Program-made: the position numbers and the translations under genes
Part shown: in pieces, positions 35,200-48,706 of the stretch
How the letters are laid out: each line of letters starts with the position of its first letter
Numbering within the stretch: position 1 is the first letter of the stretch
Notes under the pieces: model-generated
Database searches by the model: none
Told to the model about the DNA's origin: nothing
Seen by the model: the letters and a program-made list of their open reading frames with translations, nothing else
NCBI GenBank assembly: GCA_032718475.1
Contig: JAUCBJ010001180.1
Location: 1-64,000, forward strand
Reading direction: 5' to 3'
Length of the DNA stretch: 64,000 bases
From: Nemertoderma westbladi
Lineage: Eukaryota > Animalia > Xenacoelomorpha

Positions 35200-37085
35200 C
35201 CTGTGTACCAAAAACATTGACTACTTCCCTAGCAACAGGGTGACTTTTTCATAGCAACCGGATACTTTTGGTCGTATCTGTTATTGAAACTCGCCATATA
35301 GAAAAATTACGTTTATATAACGTTTATTTAAAGATAGAAGTCGTGTACACGTTTCCATAGCAACCAGTTGACCTTTCCCTAGCAACCACTGTATAATTAA
35401 TCATGATTGAAACTTGGGATAATCAGCCTGACTAGCAATATAAGATTGTTATTAATGACATAGGTGCTGATGCACGTTTCCATTGCAACAGGGTGAGCTT
35501 TCCCTAGCAACCGCAATTAATTCAATTCAATTCAATTCAATTTATTTATTTCCATAGATTGCATAATTATTGACGTGGGCCCCATAGCATAGGTAGATCA
35601 ACCGGAATAGCAATATAAGATTGTTAGTAGTTATGTAGATTAGAGCTGATACACGTTTCAATAAAAATATTTCACTTTAGGCTTATGGGGATAATGTGTG
35701 TTTATAAAACTACAGTTGTAAAAGTAAAAAAGTACGGTTAAAAATCCAAAAATGTAACCACGGGCGGAACTGACCCCATAATAAAAATAATATATGTAAG
35801 CGGATTCAATTCCGCCTCATTACCCACCAGAAAATGGGGTAGTGGCATTTTCAGCAATATGTTGGAGATACGAGATTAGCAATATTAATCTCGTATCACA
35901 ACCAACATTTGGGGGGGGGGGGGGGGGGGCAACACAAGCCCCGAAACCACACACAAAGGAAGGTTAGAGGTCAAACCACCTCGGAGGGGACACAGCTAGC
36001 AGAGGCTAGCAACAGAGGGGAAACACTCCCAGAGAGTGAAAGGGTGAGAAGTAGGTCATTAGCCAATAAGGGCAAAGGAGAGCATCCACTAGGTAGCAGG
36101 CCAAGGTAGCGTAGGAGTGAAGTAATATTGGTATATCAATCATATATTATCTCCTGCTACCGGTTTGTGATTCAGTTTAGTTAGTTACCCAGTTTCAGTG
36201 CAGACGGGTAATATTGTTTTACCGTCATCGTCAACAACATTGGCTGTATATTAATCTATTACCAGTATATCACAATATTGTCATCCGCCATCATATTAAC
36301 TGTGCTATCACTATTATATTAGACCGCCAAGGAACAATATTAACTCTGGACGCTTTTCTCCAACGGCCTCGGCCAAGCAATCAGTGACACCATCCCATCC
36401 TGCGGTGACGCGTACGAACAACCTACCCGGTCGGAATCTCTGATCCCGTCACAATATAATAATACAATGTTGATATAATTCTCTAAAAAATCTGTAAGAA
36501 ATACTTCCAACTTCAATAATTTATTCCAACTGCTTGTTAGACACACTGTATATCAATCACATATGATTCGTATAATTAAAAGAATTGGTATAATTATAAT
36601 ACTAAATAATTTTAATTTACAGTTTTCAGGCTGTGTATTTGATGTATAAACACATTATCCTCATAAAGCCAAAAGTGAATATTTTTTAAATATGGATATC
36701 ACCTTTTGTTTCTATGGAAACGTGCGTCACAGCTATGCTATGGACATTTTGCTATGGACACGTGTATCAGCGCCAATGTTATTACTAACAATCTCCTATT
36801 GCTAGACAGGTTGATTATCCCAAGTTTCAATCATAATTTCATTATTAAATATGCAGCGGTTGCTAGGGAAAGGTCACCCTGTTGCTATGGAAACGTGCAT
36901 CAGCTCCTATGTCATTACTAACAATCTTCTATTGCTAGTCAGGTTGATTATCCCAAGTTTCAATCATAATTTCATTAATTATAGAGTGGTTGCTAGGTAA
37001 AGGTATCCTTGTTGCTATGGAAACGTGTACAGGCTTATATTATAAACTAACCCAGTTATATAATCGTAATTTTTGTATATTATGA
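35200..37085. mobile_element. Foldback/MITE with long imperfect inverted arms rich in CCATAGCAAC/CCCTAGCAAC repeats
   Basis: 35330-35710 is the reverse complement of ~36640-37080 (e.g. GAAACTTGGGATAATCA / TGATTATCCCAAGTTTC). The solo LTR sits between the arms. Termini not resolved. Confidence 0.7.
35795..36453 (+). mobile_element. Solo LTR (659 bp) related to the 16117 LTR family
   Basis: Starts TGTAAGCGGATTCAATTCCGC and ends GATCCCGTCACA (same 12-nt end as the 16117 LTR). 5-bp TSD ATATA. Confidence 0.88.
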
Positions 37086-37124
37086 ATCCTATTATACATC
37101 TCTATTATACAGCTGGCCCACCAA

Positions 37125-40100
37125 CCTAAAGTGCCCTCTTTGTAAAATAGATACACATCCACTTGCGAAATGCAACACCTTCTTAAAAAAGACACTAAAG
37201 GAGAGACGACAGACGGCTTTGGACTTGTCGACATGCTTCTTGTACCTTAGACCGGGACATTTGCGACGTAAGTGTAGACTAATAATTGTAAAAACCTGTC
37301 CTGTGTGTTAGGGCTCCCATCACCCTTTGTTACACTTAGACCAGGCCCCGAAGGGAGAAATAGACCAACGTGTACACTTCACCGATTGTGAGACAGACTC
37401 ATCCGATGAAGGACCGGATGCATTCTACCCTGGACAGTTTACCGACGACGATGAATGTTGTAACCATGTTAGTGTGTATGAAGCCTTTGCCTATGAGGAA
37501 CCCGTAGCGGAAGATTGTCTTAAAATTGAGAACAATCCCAACACCCGGTCATTTCAGGATGCCGGGGTGAGAGAGTTTCCGGTACTCAAAGTCCGGATCC
37601 AAGCGGGAAATAGTAGCGTTGTGGTAAATGCCTTAATGGACACAGGAAGTACGGGCACCTTCATAGACGCAAAGTTAGCAAAATCCTTATTCGCCAGGGA
37701 ACAGGGCCATGACATGAAACTAACATTATCTGGGATAATGAAACGTTGGCAATCTACCATTGAGACAAAGTATTATAAGGCATCCTTGTCCACCCCTCAA
37801 GATACCAGTGGCCGGGATAGAGTCTCTAACATTAAAATGTTTGTCATCCGGAATTTTGCCAAAAGTCAACTAATAATATTCCATAATATTCCCCGTTTCA
37901 CCCCACACTACCCAGGCGTACAGATGTTGATAGGCTAAAATGTACCCGAGGCCTTAGAAATTTTGAAGAAATGACCCAAACATCATCATCGGCCTACGCC
38001 TGTCAAACGAGAGTGGGATGGTTCTGTACCGGGCCTTCCTGGAAAACTCTATTAGAACGAAAAGGACCGACAAGTACATACACCGACACTTGCAATTTAG
38101 TGACCCAGTTTTGCAATGAGATCATAGAGACAGAAGAGGATGTCTTGACTACCCCTGACCAACCCGACAGTGATAGTGACGCCCCCTTGACCTCAGACCA
38201 AGACTGTTTCCTTACTAGGTACAGTGAACCCGATATCGTGTCCCCAATGACCGACCAAGAATTGCTCAGCACCCAGCTGGAGTTGTGTAATTTACTACAC
38301 ACACCTCCCGACCTGCAGCAAGAACTTAGCGAACTAGAGGAAGCCAGGTGTCTTTTAAGGCTGGAAGAGCATACCTTCACTAGGATGCAGCAGGAGATAC
38401 TTGAGCAAAACTCCAATGACAAAGCATTGTCAGTGGAAGAGGAGCGAGCAAAACAGATTCAGAGAACCACCACCAGCTTTTTGCTGGAACAAGGCAAATA
38501 CGAAGTGGGGCTTCTCTGGCGGTCCCCCCAACCCAAACTATTTAATAACAAGACACTTGCGCATAAACGCATTTTACAACTGGAAAGGCGTCTCACAGCC
38601 AACCCGACAGCTCATGGGTTATATAAGGAGCAAATGACCAAGTTCATAAGCAAGGGATATGCGGAACTGGTCCCACCAGACACCCCCAAGACTGACCGGA
38701 CATACTACCTTACTCACCATTACGTCGAACGGGAATACAAACCAGGACGTATAAGGACAATCCCTTAAAACTCGGAACTGCTACACAGACCCAACTTGTT
38801 GCAGTCTCTACCTGGAATATTAATGCGCATATGACAATATGACGTTGCCTTTGCTTCAGACATAGAGGGTATGTTCCTGCAAGTGAAAGCATTAGATATT
38901 GACCAGGACATCATGCATTTCTTGTGGTGGACAGAAGGAGATTTCCAGCCCATCGAACTCATGTTCAGTGCTACATCAAACAGCTGACGACCATCGGAAT
39001 GAATTTCCACCATCTGTCATAGATAATATAGACATAGATATTTTCATGGACCATAACTTGAAATCAGCCCCGACAGTTAAGGAAGCCATAGACATTGCTC
39101 AAGGGACAGTAAACTGCCTGAAACTTGGAGGATTTCGGCTGACGAAATTCACTAGCAATTCCCACGAGTTTCTAAAGGCCATACCCCCCGCAGAGCGTGG
39201 CGATACCGAACTAGACTTAAACAAGGACGACCTGCCAGAGACTAAGACGTTAGGACTTTGTTGGCTAACAGAAAGCGATACTATGGTATTCAAAGTCAAG
39301 TTAAGAAAGGGCAAAGCTCGAACCAAGCGCATTTGCCTCAGCATACTTAGCACTTAGTTCGAGCCTATCGGATTTATTAGTCCAGTTATTTTACTGGCTC
39401 GAGATCTCGTTCAGCAAATGTGGAAGGAGAATGAAAGTTGGGACGACCCCTTGACAGGGACACTATTAGAAGACTGGTGGCGATGGGAATGGTCCTTGCC
39501 CAACTTGGAGAAGTTTTCCCTACCCAGAGCATATTTCCCAAATGTAGACTCCCTGCAGACTTACGAACTCTATGTATTCAGTGACGCGAGCGACAAAGGC
39601 ATTGAGATTGTAGCTTACTTTAGATGCGAAACCCCGGATGGTATCACAGTAGCTTTAGTTGCCTCGAAAGCACTTATAAGACCAATAGCTAAAACCAAAG
39701 ACACTTTGACTATACCCAGAGCCGAACTTAAGGTAGCCGTATACGCTACCATCATTGCCGAGAATGTGTTGGCACAGACCGACTATTCAGTAGTGAGGAC
39801 AGTTTACTGGACAGATGCTGCATTAGTTTTAGAATATCTGACCAACATAACATGCCAGTTCAGCGTGTACGTGACAAACCGTGTAGCGCGGATCCTAAAG
39901 GACACTGACGTCAAACAATGGAGACACTGCCCTGGATTGTTAAATCCAGCCAACATTGCTTCTCGCGGCGCCACCCCTCAGGAACTGATAGATACTAAGT
40001 GTTGGTTGCAAGGACCTGCCTTTTTGCAAGGCCCCGAAGATAGTTGGCCCCAAAATTTAATGCCTGCAGAGATAAGGCAGCAAGTGAAGGGCGCGGAAAT

Positions 40101-41690
40101 CGCTAAGTCTAAGAACAAGGCATCCAAATCGAAGCTATTCAAAAACATCGACATATCTTCATTACATGTGCGCGAGAGTGTGAGCCCAAAGAGCACCCCA
40201 GATAGTGAAGCCCTCATTACCCTCTCCTTTCCAGACTTGACTGACGGCCTTTCACCGCTCATTAGCAGGGCCATGGATCACTATAGTTCCTGGCACAAAC
40301 TTTGTCGTGCCGTTAATATACTGAAGCGTTATGTGTACTACCGCTGTAATAAAAACAAAATCACACAAGGTAAATTATTGGAGCACGAAGTAGACTATAC
40401 CAACATGCAGCTACTCCAATTATCCCAAATGCAAGAAAAGGCTCCAATGTACGAATACCACCTTAAGCACCCCGCTACGCAGTCAAACTATAAATTCTCC
40501 AGTGTGATATCGACGGCCTAATCAGAGTGGGAGGTAGACTCACAAGCGCTCCCCTTTCCGGTATTTCCCATTATATTATATTTCCCATTATTATCTACGA
40601 TCCCGCCATACAACGAAAGATGATACAGGATGTACACAATCAGTTGTTGCACACCAGGAGGGAACACATACTTAGCGAAGTACGCACAAGGTATTACTTT
40701 GTAAAACCCAGGAAAGCCTTAAATAAAGTTGCAGCTGTTTACCCTGTAAGAAACTGTATTGCCAACCCATGACTCAGTTAGAAGCTCCCTTACCTAAGGA
40801 ACGTGTTAGCTGCTACGAGCCCCCCTTTACACATACGGGTGTAGACTTATTTGGACCAATAGAAGTCAAGAGGGCTCGAACCATGGTTAAAAGATGGTGC
40901 ATTATCTTCGTCTGCATGACATGCCCCGCCGTACAGCTTGACATCGTTAACGACATCTCCATGAATAGCTTTATCCAGTGCTTACGTAGACAAATCAATC
41001 GATACGGCACCAGCAATACAATGAAGTCAGATAAAGCTAACTTTATAGGGGCAAACAACAAGATAACACGCTCTATAGAACAGTGGAACCAGGATCAAGT
41101 TGATGAACTGTTGAAGGTTTTCGCTTCCAGCTAGACCTTTAATGCCGCAAACGCACCCTGGTGGGTGGGAGCTGGGAAAGATTAATTCGTAGCGTAAAGG
41201 TAGCTTTCCACCATATACTACCCTGCAAGGCTTACCTAACAGACGAGATACTCCGTACTATCTTAGAGGAAGACACTGCTTACCTGAATAGTCGACCCCT
41301 CATGCCCGTTTCAGCCAGCCCCAAAGAGCTAGAAGCCCTTACACCAGACCACTTTCTGATAAAGAAGAAAGTAGTGTTGTTACCAGTCTCGAAACCCGAG
41401 GACGGTGAGGAGTTAATGTGACAGACTTGGATGATGACTCAACTGCTGTCAAGCCGATTCGCAAACCAATTTGAGCGATTTTATCTTCCCAGCATACAAC
41501 TCAGGAACAAATTGTTTTCGGTGGAAGACAATGCCAGAGTAGGAGACATGGTATTAGTAGTGGTCCCTGATCTCCCACGGAAATATTGGGAGACAGCGCG
41601 CATAGTAGAAACACACGTCAGCGTGAAGAATCTGGCAACTACGGCAAGCAAGAAGTCAAGCCAACAGACTTGACATATTTTATATTGACA
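37125..41690 (+). mobile_element. Degenerate BEL/Pao LTR retrotransposon (gag knuckles, protease, RT, RNase H, integrase, DUF5641-like end)
   Basis: CPLC..H, HHPLLH, ALMDTGS, SDIEGMFLQV, FSDAS, NPANIASRG, TGVDLFGP, GGSWERLIRSVK, LNSRPL motifs. Many stops and frameshifts. Confidence 0.93.
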
Positions 41691-42602
41691 TAATAGTTAA
41701 CTCCCTTGGAACGTTTGAGTGCACCTCATATCAGACTCAAGCGTGGGAACGGGTTATGTTGCGTCGTTAACCACTGACCCCATACATTTTTAAAAATATG
41801 CCATATATTCAGCTTGACAGGCTAATGTAATTTATCCTTACCAAATAACAATAGAACTATGGGATGTTTCATGATAAATCGTTTTATACATGGTGCATGA
41901 AACTTGAGCTTATTTCTAGAACAATAACGAATAAAATGATATAAACAATAGGACTGTGGGATGTTTCATGATAAACTGTTTTATACACAGTGCATGAAAC
42001 TTGATCTCAGTTCTAGAACATTCTAGAATACTATTAAGAAAAGTGGGTGGTTTCAAGATAAGTCGTTATACACTCGACGCATGAAACCTGAGCCCAACTC
42101 TTGACAGCATGTTGCCATAAGTCATTATTAAACATGACGCGCAGCCAACCAAAACCCTTAATAATTGTATGATGATGTATGATGATGATTGTATGATTGA
42201 ATGATGATGATGAATTGTACGATGTGATACAATGCGGAGAATGCGGAATTCATATCCTTTATTTAGGTTAAACCAAACTCTGGGTAAATTCTGGAGACGG
42301 CCCTCCACTTCTTGTATAACCCGAGTACATAAGTGAGTAACAAATAAAATTATAATCAATTACACTAGTCATGATATGACAATAACAAACCTTGGTCTTG
42401 CTGTATTATGACGGCCCAATAACACTTGAATGCAGAGTCTCAATTACTACTCTCGCTTCTTGTCAATTGCCAGAGTACAGTAAGAGATGTCAATTATTAG
42501 TTGGCTTGAAACTTAAAGAACCAACATAGCTTGATATTGATTAATACAATATCATATTCATATAAATCCGTTCAAGTCACTGTAATAATAAGCATTACGG
42601 GA

Positions 42603-43570
42603 ATGATTACAACATAATATTTATAGTTTGAAGCTCGTACACCGGGATTACAGTACGCTCAGACTACTAATCGACAGAACAAGGACAAAATCGAACAAAA
42701 TCTTTCACTTGACTCTAACGACGGGCCTAGCGGCCCGACGTCTTTTCGTCGCCCTCTAGTATTTATTATGTTTTTTTATAATATAATATATTTTTATTAA
42801 TAATATATTTATATTTATTATATTTATTTATTTATATTTATATATTATTATATTTATATATTATTATATTTATAATATATTATATTTTTTTATAATATAT
42901 CCTGATATACAAATTGGATTGCAACTGTAAAAAATGTGGCTTACAACACATTTCCCCCAGCATAGACTATTCGTCGGGTTATAAGAGTATTAATTAAGGG
43001 GGGTGGGGGGGGGGGGGGGGGGGTAGCACCCCCAAATTGAAGCTCACATTTTTGTGTCTCTGGACCATAAAATTGTGTGAAAATTATTTTTGTGCTACTA
43101 AACATCGCATGGACTGTGTGAGAATAACAAAACCAAATATTTTTAAAATTGGCCCCAAATGACGCCGTAATGGCAAAAAGTGCCTTTTTGCGCCAACGGC
43201 TTTTTCTCCACCAATATTTGTTGAAAATTTTTGAACATTTGAACATTTTGAACAATTTTGAAAATTAATGCTATTATATTTTGAATTTTCAGTGTGATTG
43301 CAGACCAGATTGTTACAAGTGTGGCATCTATGAAAAGCCGGTTTGTTCAGGACTACCTAAATGTCGTCTTTGATGGCTATCAACACCGTTGATATGGATC
43401 GGGAATACATCCTACAGTAAATGAAGTTAAATACTTCATGCGGAGGTGGAGGGCACTGATTTTATTGGAATATTTATGATTTCAATTTAAAAAATTAAAA
43501 TAAATTATAGAAATGATTAATTTATTATTCTATTATATGTTTTAACATACACAGATTCAATAAATATGAC
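42603..43570 (+). repeat. Diverged duplicate of 52415-53058, containing a Helitron-like 3' end (hairpin plus CTAG)
   Basis: Shared blocks 42603-42790 / 52415-52587 and 43262-43568 / 52753-53059. GGGCC..GGCCC hairpin, then CTAG|T at 42756-42759 and 52557-52560. Confidence 0.6.
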
Positions 43571-44387
43571 AATGACGTGTCTGTTGTCATATCTCAATCA
43601 AGACAAAGGCCTACGTGCGTTAGTTATTATTGCTTACTTTAACTAATAATAATTAGGAGATTAAATTCCAAATTTATTTTTGTCCTATTTAGGCAATGCA
43701 AAATCCAGGTAGACTTGAATAAACATTAAATGATCCCTAATAATATGCTAATAAATCCAAATTTTTTCGCAAATTTTGAATAGGCCTCCTAGTCAATTTT
43801 TCATCCTCTATTAGGAATAAGTATCGCATAGATCATATCAATAATACTGATATTATTGTATTATTGTATTACTATCAATGCACTTTAAAGAATTTACAAC
43901 AATATTTCCGTTATTAACAATTAACAATATTAACAATTAATAATACCGATAACTTCATAAGCGAACCAATCTTAATTTCATTTTCATTCACATTCATCAA
44001 TTTAATTATTATAGCTTCTCCAGTTACTAGCCAATGAGAGGCCAGGATTTCAAATTACAATGACGTGTCTGTTGTCATATCTCAATCAAGACAAAGACCT
44101 ACGTGCGTTAGTTATTATTGCTTATTTAACCTGCGTTTCAGACATGTCTGGTGTTATAAACTGCAAAAAAATATTTCTGCAATGCAAAGAAATTAAAGCT
44201 GTTAATTAAGTGAAAATAGCAAATGTTTGTTTACCTCTTAAATTAGAAAGCTTAATTTACTAAATTTACCAAACTAATAGCCATTATTGTTCGTGATAAA
44301 CAACAAAAACATATTTTACTAACATTTAATTTAAACTCAATATTTTACCTCTGTGAAATTTGATTTGATTTGATTTGATTTGTGAAA

Positions 44388-44635
44388 TCTGAGTAAATTT
44401 ATTGAATTAACTAGCAGGACCTATGATATTTCAACTTGCTGTGTTGCATCATTATCTTGCTTGCTTATTGCATTGCATCATTAACTTGTCGTGCGTATTA
44501 AATCTTATTGTTATAGTTATTATTATTGCTTTACCTTGTTGATGAAAATACAAGACCAGAGATCACACCAACTTGATTTCCACACGGTTAGTGCTGACTG
44601 CGCCCTGTCTGTAATAGATTCGTTTCATTTAGTGC
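44388..44635 (+). repeat. Permuted copy of 50033-50057 joined to 49532-49759
   Basis: The junction shares TAACT (44408-44412). A few substitutions differ between copies. Confidence 0.8.
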
Positions 44636-44942
44636 CGAAGCTATATACTTACAGTGATTGATTGTACATTCAGACCAGATATATATATTAGATAATATAT
44701 ATATATACATAAACTTCCGTGAGCGTCCAATTCCCCCCCTCCCCTATCTGAACTATTCATGAGAAAATAATAAATGGCCCTCAGCAACTTTGGTTGAAAA
44801 TTTCGCAGAATTTTGAGAAAAAGAACCCTACAAGTAAACTATGTTGTTGCCTAGCAACTCAACCCAATTTCCTTCATTAGTGTCTAATAATTTAGACGTT
44901 TCATCTCGACGTTTCTATTTATAGACTGTAGTACAGTGTACC

Positions 44943-46792
44943 GTATTGCCAACCCATGACTCAGTTAGAAGCTCCCTTACCTAAGGAACGTGTTAGCTGC
45001 TACGAGCCCCCCTTTACACATACGGGTGTAGACTTATTTGGACCAATAGAAGTCAAGAGGGCTCGAACCATGGTTAAAAGATGGTGCATTATCTTCGTCT
45101 GCATGACATGCCCCGCCGTACAGCTTGACATCGTTAACGACATCTCCATGAATAGCTTTATCCAGTGCTTACGTAGACAAATCAATCGATACGGCACCAG
45201 CAATACAATGAAGTCAGATAAAGCTAACTTTATAGGGGCAAACAACAAGATAACACGCTCTATAGAACAGTGGAACCAGGATCAAGTTGATGAACTGTTG
45301 AAGGTTTTCGCTTCCAGCTAGACCTTTAATGCCGCAAACGCACCCTGGTGGGTGGGAGCTGGGAAAGATTAATTCGTAGCGTAAAGGTAGCTTTCCACCA
45401 TATACTACCCTGCAAGGCTTACCTAACAGACGAGATACTCCGTACTATCTTAGAGGAAGACACTGCTTACCTGAATAGTCGACCCCTCATGCCCGTTTCA
45501 GCCAGCCCCAAAGAGCTAGAAGCCCTTACACCAGACCACTTTCTGATAAAGAAGAAAGTAGTGTTGTTACCAGTCTCGAAACCCGAGGACGGTGAGGAGT
45601 TAATGTGACAGACTTGGATGATGACTCAACTGCTGTCAAGCCGATTCGCAAACCAATTTGAGCGATTTTATCTTCCCAGCATACAACTCAGGAACAAATT
45701 GTTTTCGGTGGAAGACAATGCCAGAGTAGGAGACATGGTATTAGTAGTGGTCCCTGATCTCCCACGGAAATATTGGGAGACAGCGCGCATAGTAGAAACA
45801 CACGTCAGCGTGAAGAATCTGGCAACTACGGCAAGCAAGAAGTCAAGCCAACAGACTTGACATATTTTATATTGACATAATAGTTAACTCCCTTGGAACG
45901 TTTGAGTGCACCTCATATCAGACTCAAGCGTGGGAACGGGTTATGTTGCGTCGTTAACCACTGACCCCATACATTTTTAAAAATATGCCATATATTCAGC
46001 TTGACAGGCTAATGTAATTTATCCTTACCAAATAACAATAGAACTATGGGATGTTTCATGATAAATCGTTTTATACATGGTGCATGAAACTTGAGCTTAT
46101 TTCTAGAACAATAACGAATAAAATGATATAAACAATAGGACTGTGGGATGTTTCATGATAAACTGTTTTATACACAGTGCATGAAACTTGATCTCAGTTC
46201 TAGAACATTCTAGAATACTATTAAGAAAAGTGGGTGGTTTCAAGATAAGTCGTTATACACTCGACGCATGAAACCTGAGCCCAACTCTTGACAGCATGTT
46301 GCCATAAGTCATTATTAAACATGACGCGCAGCCAACCAAAACCCTTAATAATTGTATGATGATGTATGATGATGATTGTATGATTGAATGATGATGATGA
46401 ATTGTACGATGTGATACAATGCGGAGAATGCGGAATTCATATCCTTTATTTAGGTTAAACCAAACTCTGGGTAAATTCTGGAGACGGCCCTCCACTTCTT
46501 GTATAACCCGAGTACATAAGTGAGTAACAAATAAAATTATAATCAATTACACTAGTCATGATATGACAATAACAAACCTTGGTCTTGCTGTATTATGACG
46601 GCCCAATAACACTTGAATGCAGAGTCTCAATTACTACTCTCGCTTCTTGTCAATTGCCAGAGTACAGTAAGAGATGTCAATTATTAGTTGGCTTGAAACT
46701 TAAAGAACCAACATAGCTTGATATTGATTAATACAATATCATATTCATATAAATCCGTTCAAGTCACTGTAATAATAAGCATTACGGGAATG
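44943..46792 (+). repeat. 1850-bp direct duplication of 40756-42605 (BEL integrase plus downstream non-coding sequence)
   Basis: Constant offset of 4187, identical ORF translations, no differences noticed. Confidence 0.95.
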
Positions 46793-47697
46793 GTCGTGGT
46801 CTACTTAGTGGCTCTCTCCCAAGGCATGAGTAAACCTAGTTTAAGTCACTAGTTATAGTTATAGTCTATATTTATATTATCCTTTAATGGTTTAATACCA
46901 CCAACCCTTTAATCACGACATTAATATGACAATAGTATAAACACCGATACTATACAGACAAACACCACAACCAAGTAAATAAATTAATTAATACAACCAA
47001 CATAGACGTAATAATATCACAGTAGACCCAGATCTGTGTGAATGAGCAATACCCTATTCTACCGCTATATTTAGTGATTGTTGATCCTTGATAAATTAAT
47101 AGCTAACATAGGGATTAAAACATTGGGACGCTGGTGTGTCGCTCGCGCAACCCTTTTTAATAAAGTTCTAGAGTTTTATCGTATATTTTTCCTACAATTA
47201 ATACCCTTAAATATATTTAATGAGTATCCATGGAAATTAAAAATATCAACATTCGGGAAATAGTAAGTTTGTAACGGACATTAGTGCGTGTTGTGGCATT
47301 GGGTGTGTTAGTTTGCACGGTAGTACGAATAACAGCTATTCTCCGTGTGTTTACTGTAGCAAACCGAAACCCTATTGCAGACTAATTTCAGTCGCACTAC
47401 AATAGTCGATATACCCCGACGAATACCCCTCGGAGAGACCGGCCTCGAGCTTTTCCTGCGCGTTAGCTGCTTCGTCTTCCACACGTTCTTCCACACCTGT
47501 TGGATAGGGAATAGACGTAGCGGTTCTAATGTGGCCAGGGGAAGCTCGGGTCCGTGTTGTGATGGCCACTGCCGTGCCTATATGAACTCAAATAACTATA
47601 ATAATTATCGACTCATTGGTTAACTTCTGCTGGATTATTAATATATACTTAATACTAATATATATTAATCGACTGGTATCGCGGGACCGAGCGGCTC

Positions 47698-48706
47698 ATG
47701 GTTCGAGGTTTCCGTTATGCGCTATTTCGCAAACATGTCCGTTATGCGCATTGTGGCCTTTGCACACACAAGGCTCCCACCCAACCTGGAGTTCTTTGTG
47801 AGTGCCTCACCGATAGTCGTATCCAACTCTATTGTCCCTTCTGCCGCATTAACGACGATCACACCTTCTTCTCCTGTCTAGCCTTTGCCACCCATTGCGA
47901 GCATTGCCAACTCAAGGGACACAATAGTCCAAACTGCCCCTTAGGCCTCGACATCGAGGTAGAAGATGAAACAAGTGTCACCCGGTATATTCGATCGTGG
48001 GAAGGATGCGCAGATCTCAATGCGATCACCATGTCCCGATACGCCACAGCGAAAGCTCACCTCGGAGTATACGCAGTTGCCCCCTTCACCTGTGCAACAG
48101 GTGCTTGGCTACCGAGTTACGAGCTCCTCAACTGTGTAGCTTCCTGCACAAACACCCGCTTCATCTGACACTTCCTTCGCAAGATACACTCAGAGCGCAT
48201 GACGTCCTACGATATAATAAAGTTTAATAGTGACTCTACATTTTATGGTCCACAGTTCCTGGAAGGATATCCCGAGCTGCTCCCACAGCATCGAGTTTTC
48301 AGTGAACACGCTCAACGTGAAAGACCAGTTCTCCACACTGTACCTCCGAGAATTTTCCTTGGCAACAACCCCAGTTTGGTGTCGTTACCCAAACCGTCCC
48401 CTCAGGACCAGTGCAGGCTGCTGTGCGGAAGCGCTTAGCTGCTCCTCCGGGATTAGATATCCGCGACCGGCTGTCGACTCAGGTGCAACAAGACCGGTTG
48501 AGTTCCTGTCCTTGCCCGGCACCTCCACCGGGACATACACCGATCGTCCGATTTCACCGATACCAGACGAGGTAGATATACACCCGGGTCCCAACGAGAT
48601 GCTTTCAAGCGACGACCTGACGTTACCCGTGCCCCAAACGCTTGCGAAGAAGAGGAAACGATTATTTATGCGAAATGCCCCCAAACATCCCAAGCGAAAG
48701 CGATGA
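47698..48706 (+). pseudogene. Disrupted ORF with tandem CCHC zinc knuckles and a C-terminal basic NLS-like motif
   Basis: CPFCRINDDHTFFSC and CEHCQLKGHNSPNC. In-frame TGA at 48166-48168, then one shift into 48230..48706 ending KKRKR..KRKR. GC-rich relative to flanks. Confidence 0.45.

Noticed and set aside
47698-48168. nanos zinc finger
   Set aside because: Spacing is C-X2-C-X4/5-H-X4-C (knuckle), not the nanos C-X2-C-X12-H-X10-C.
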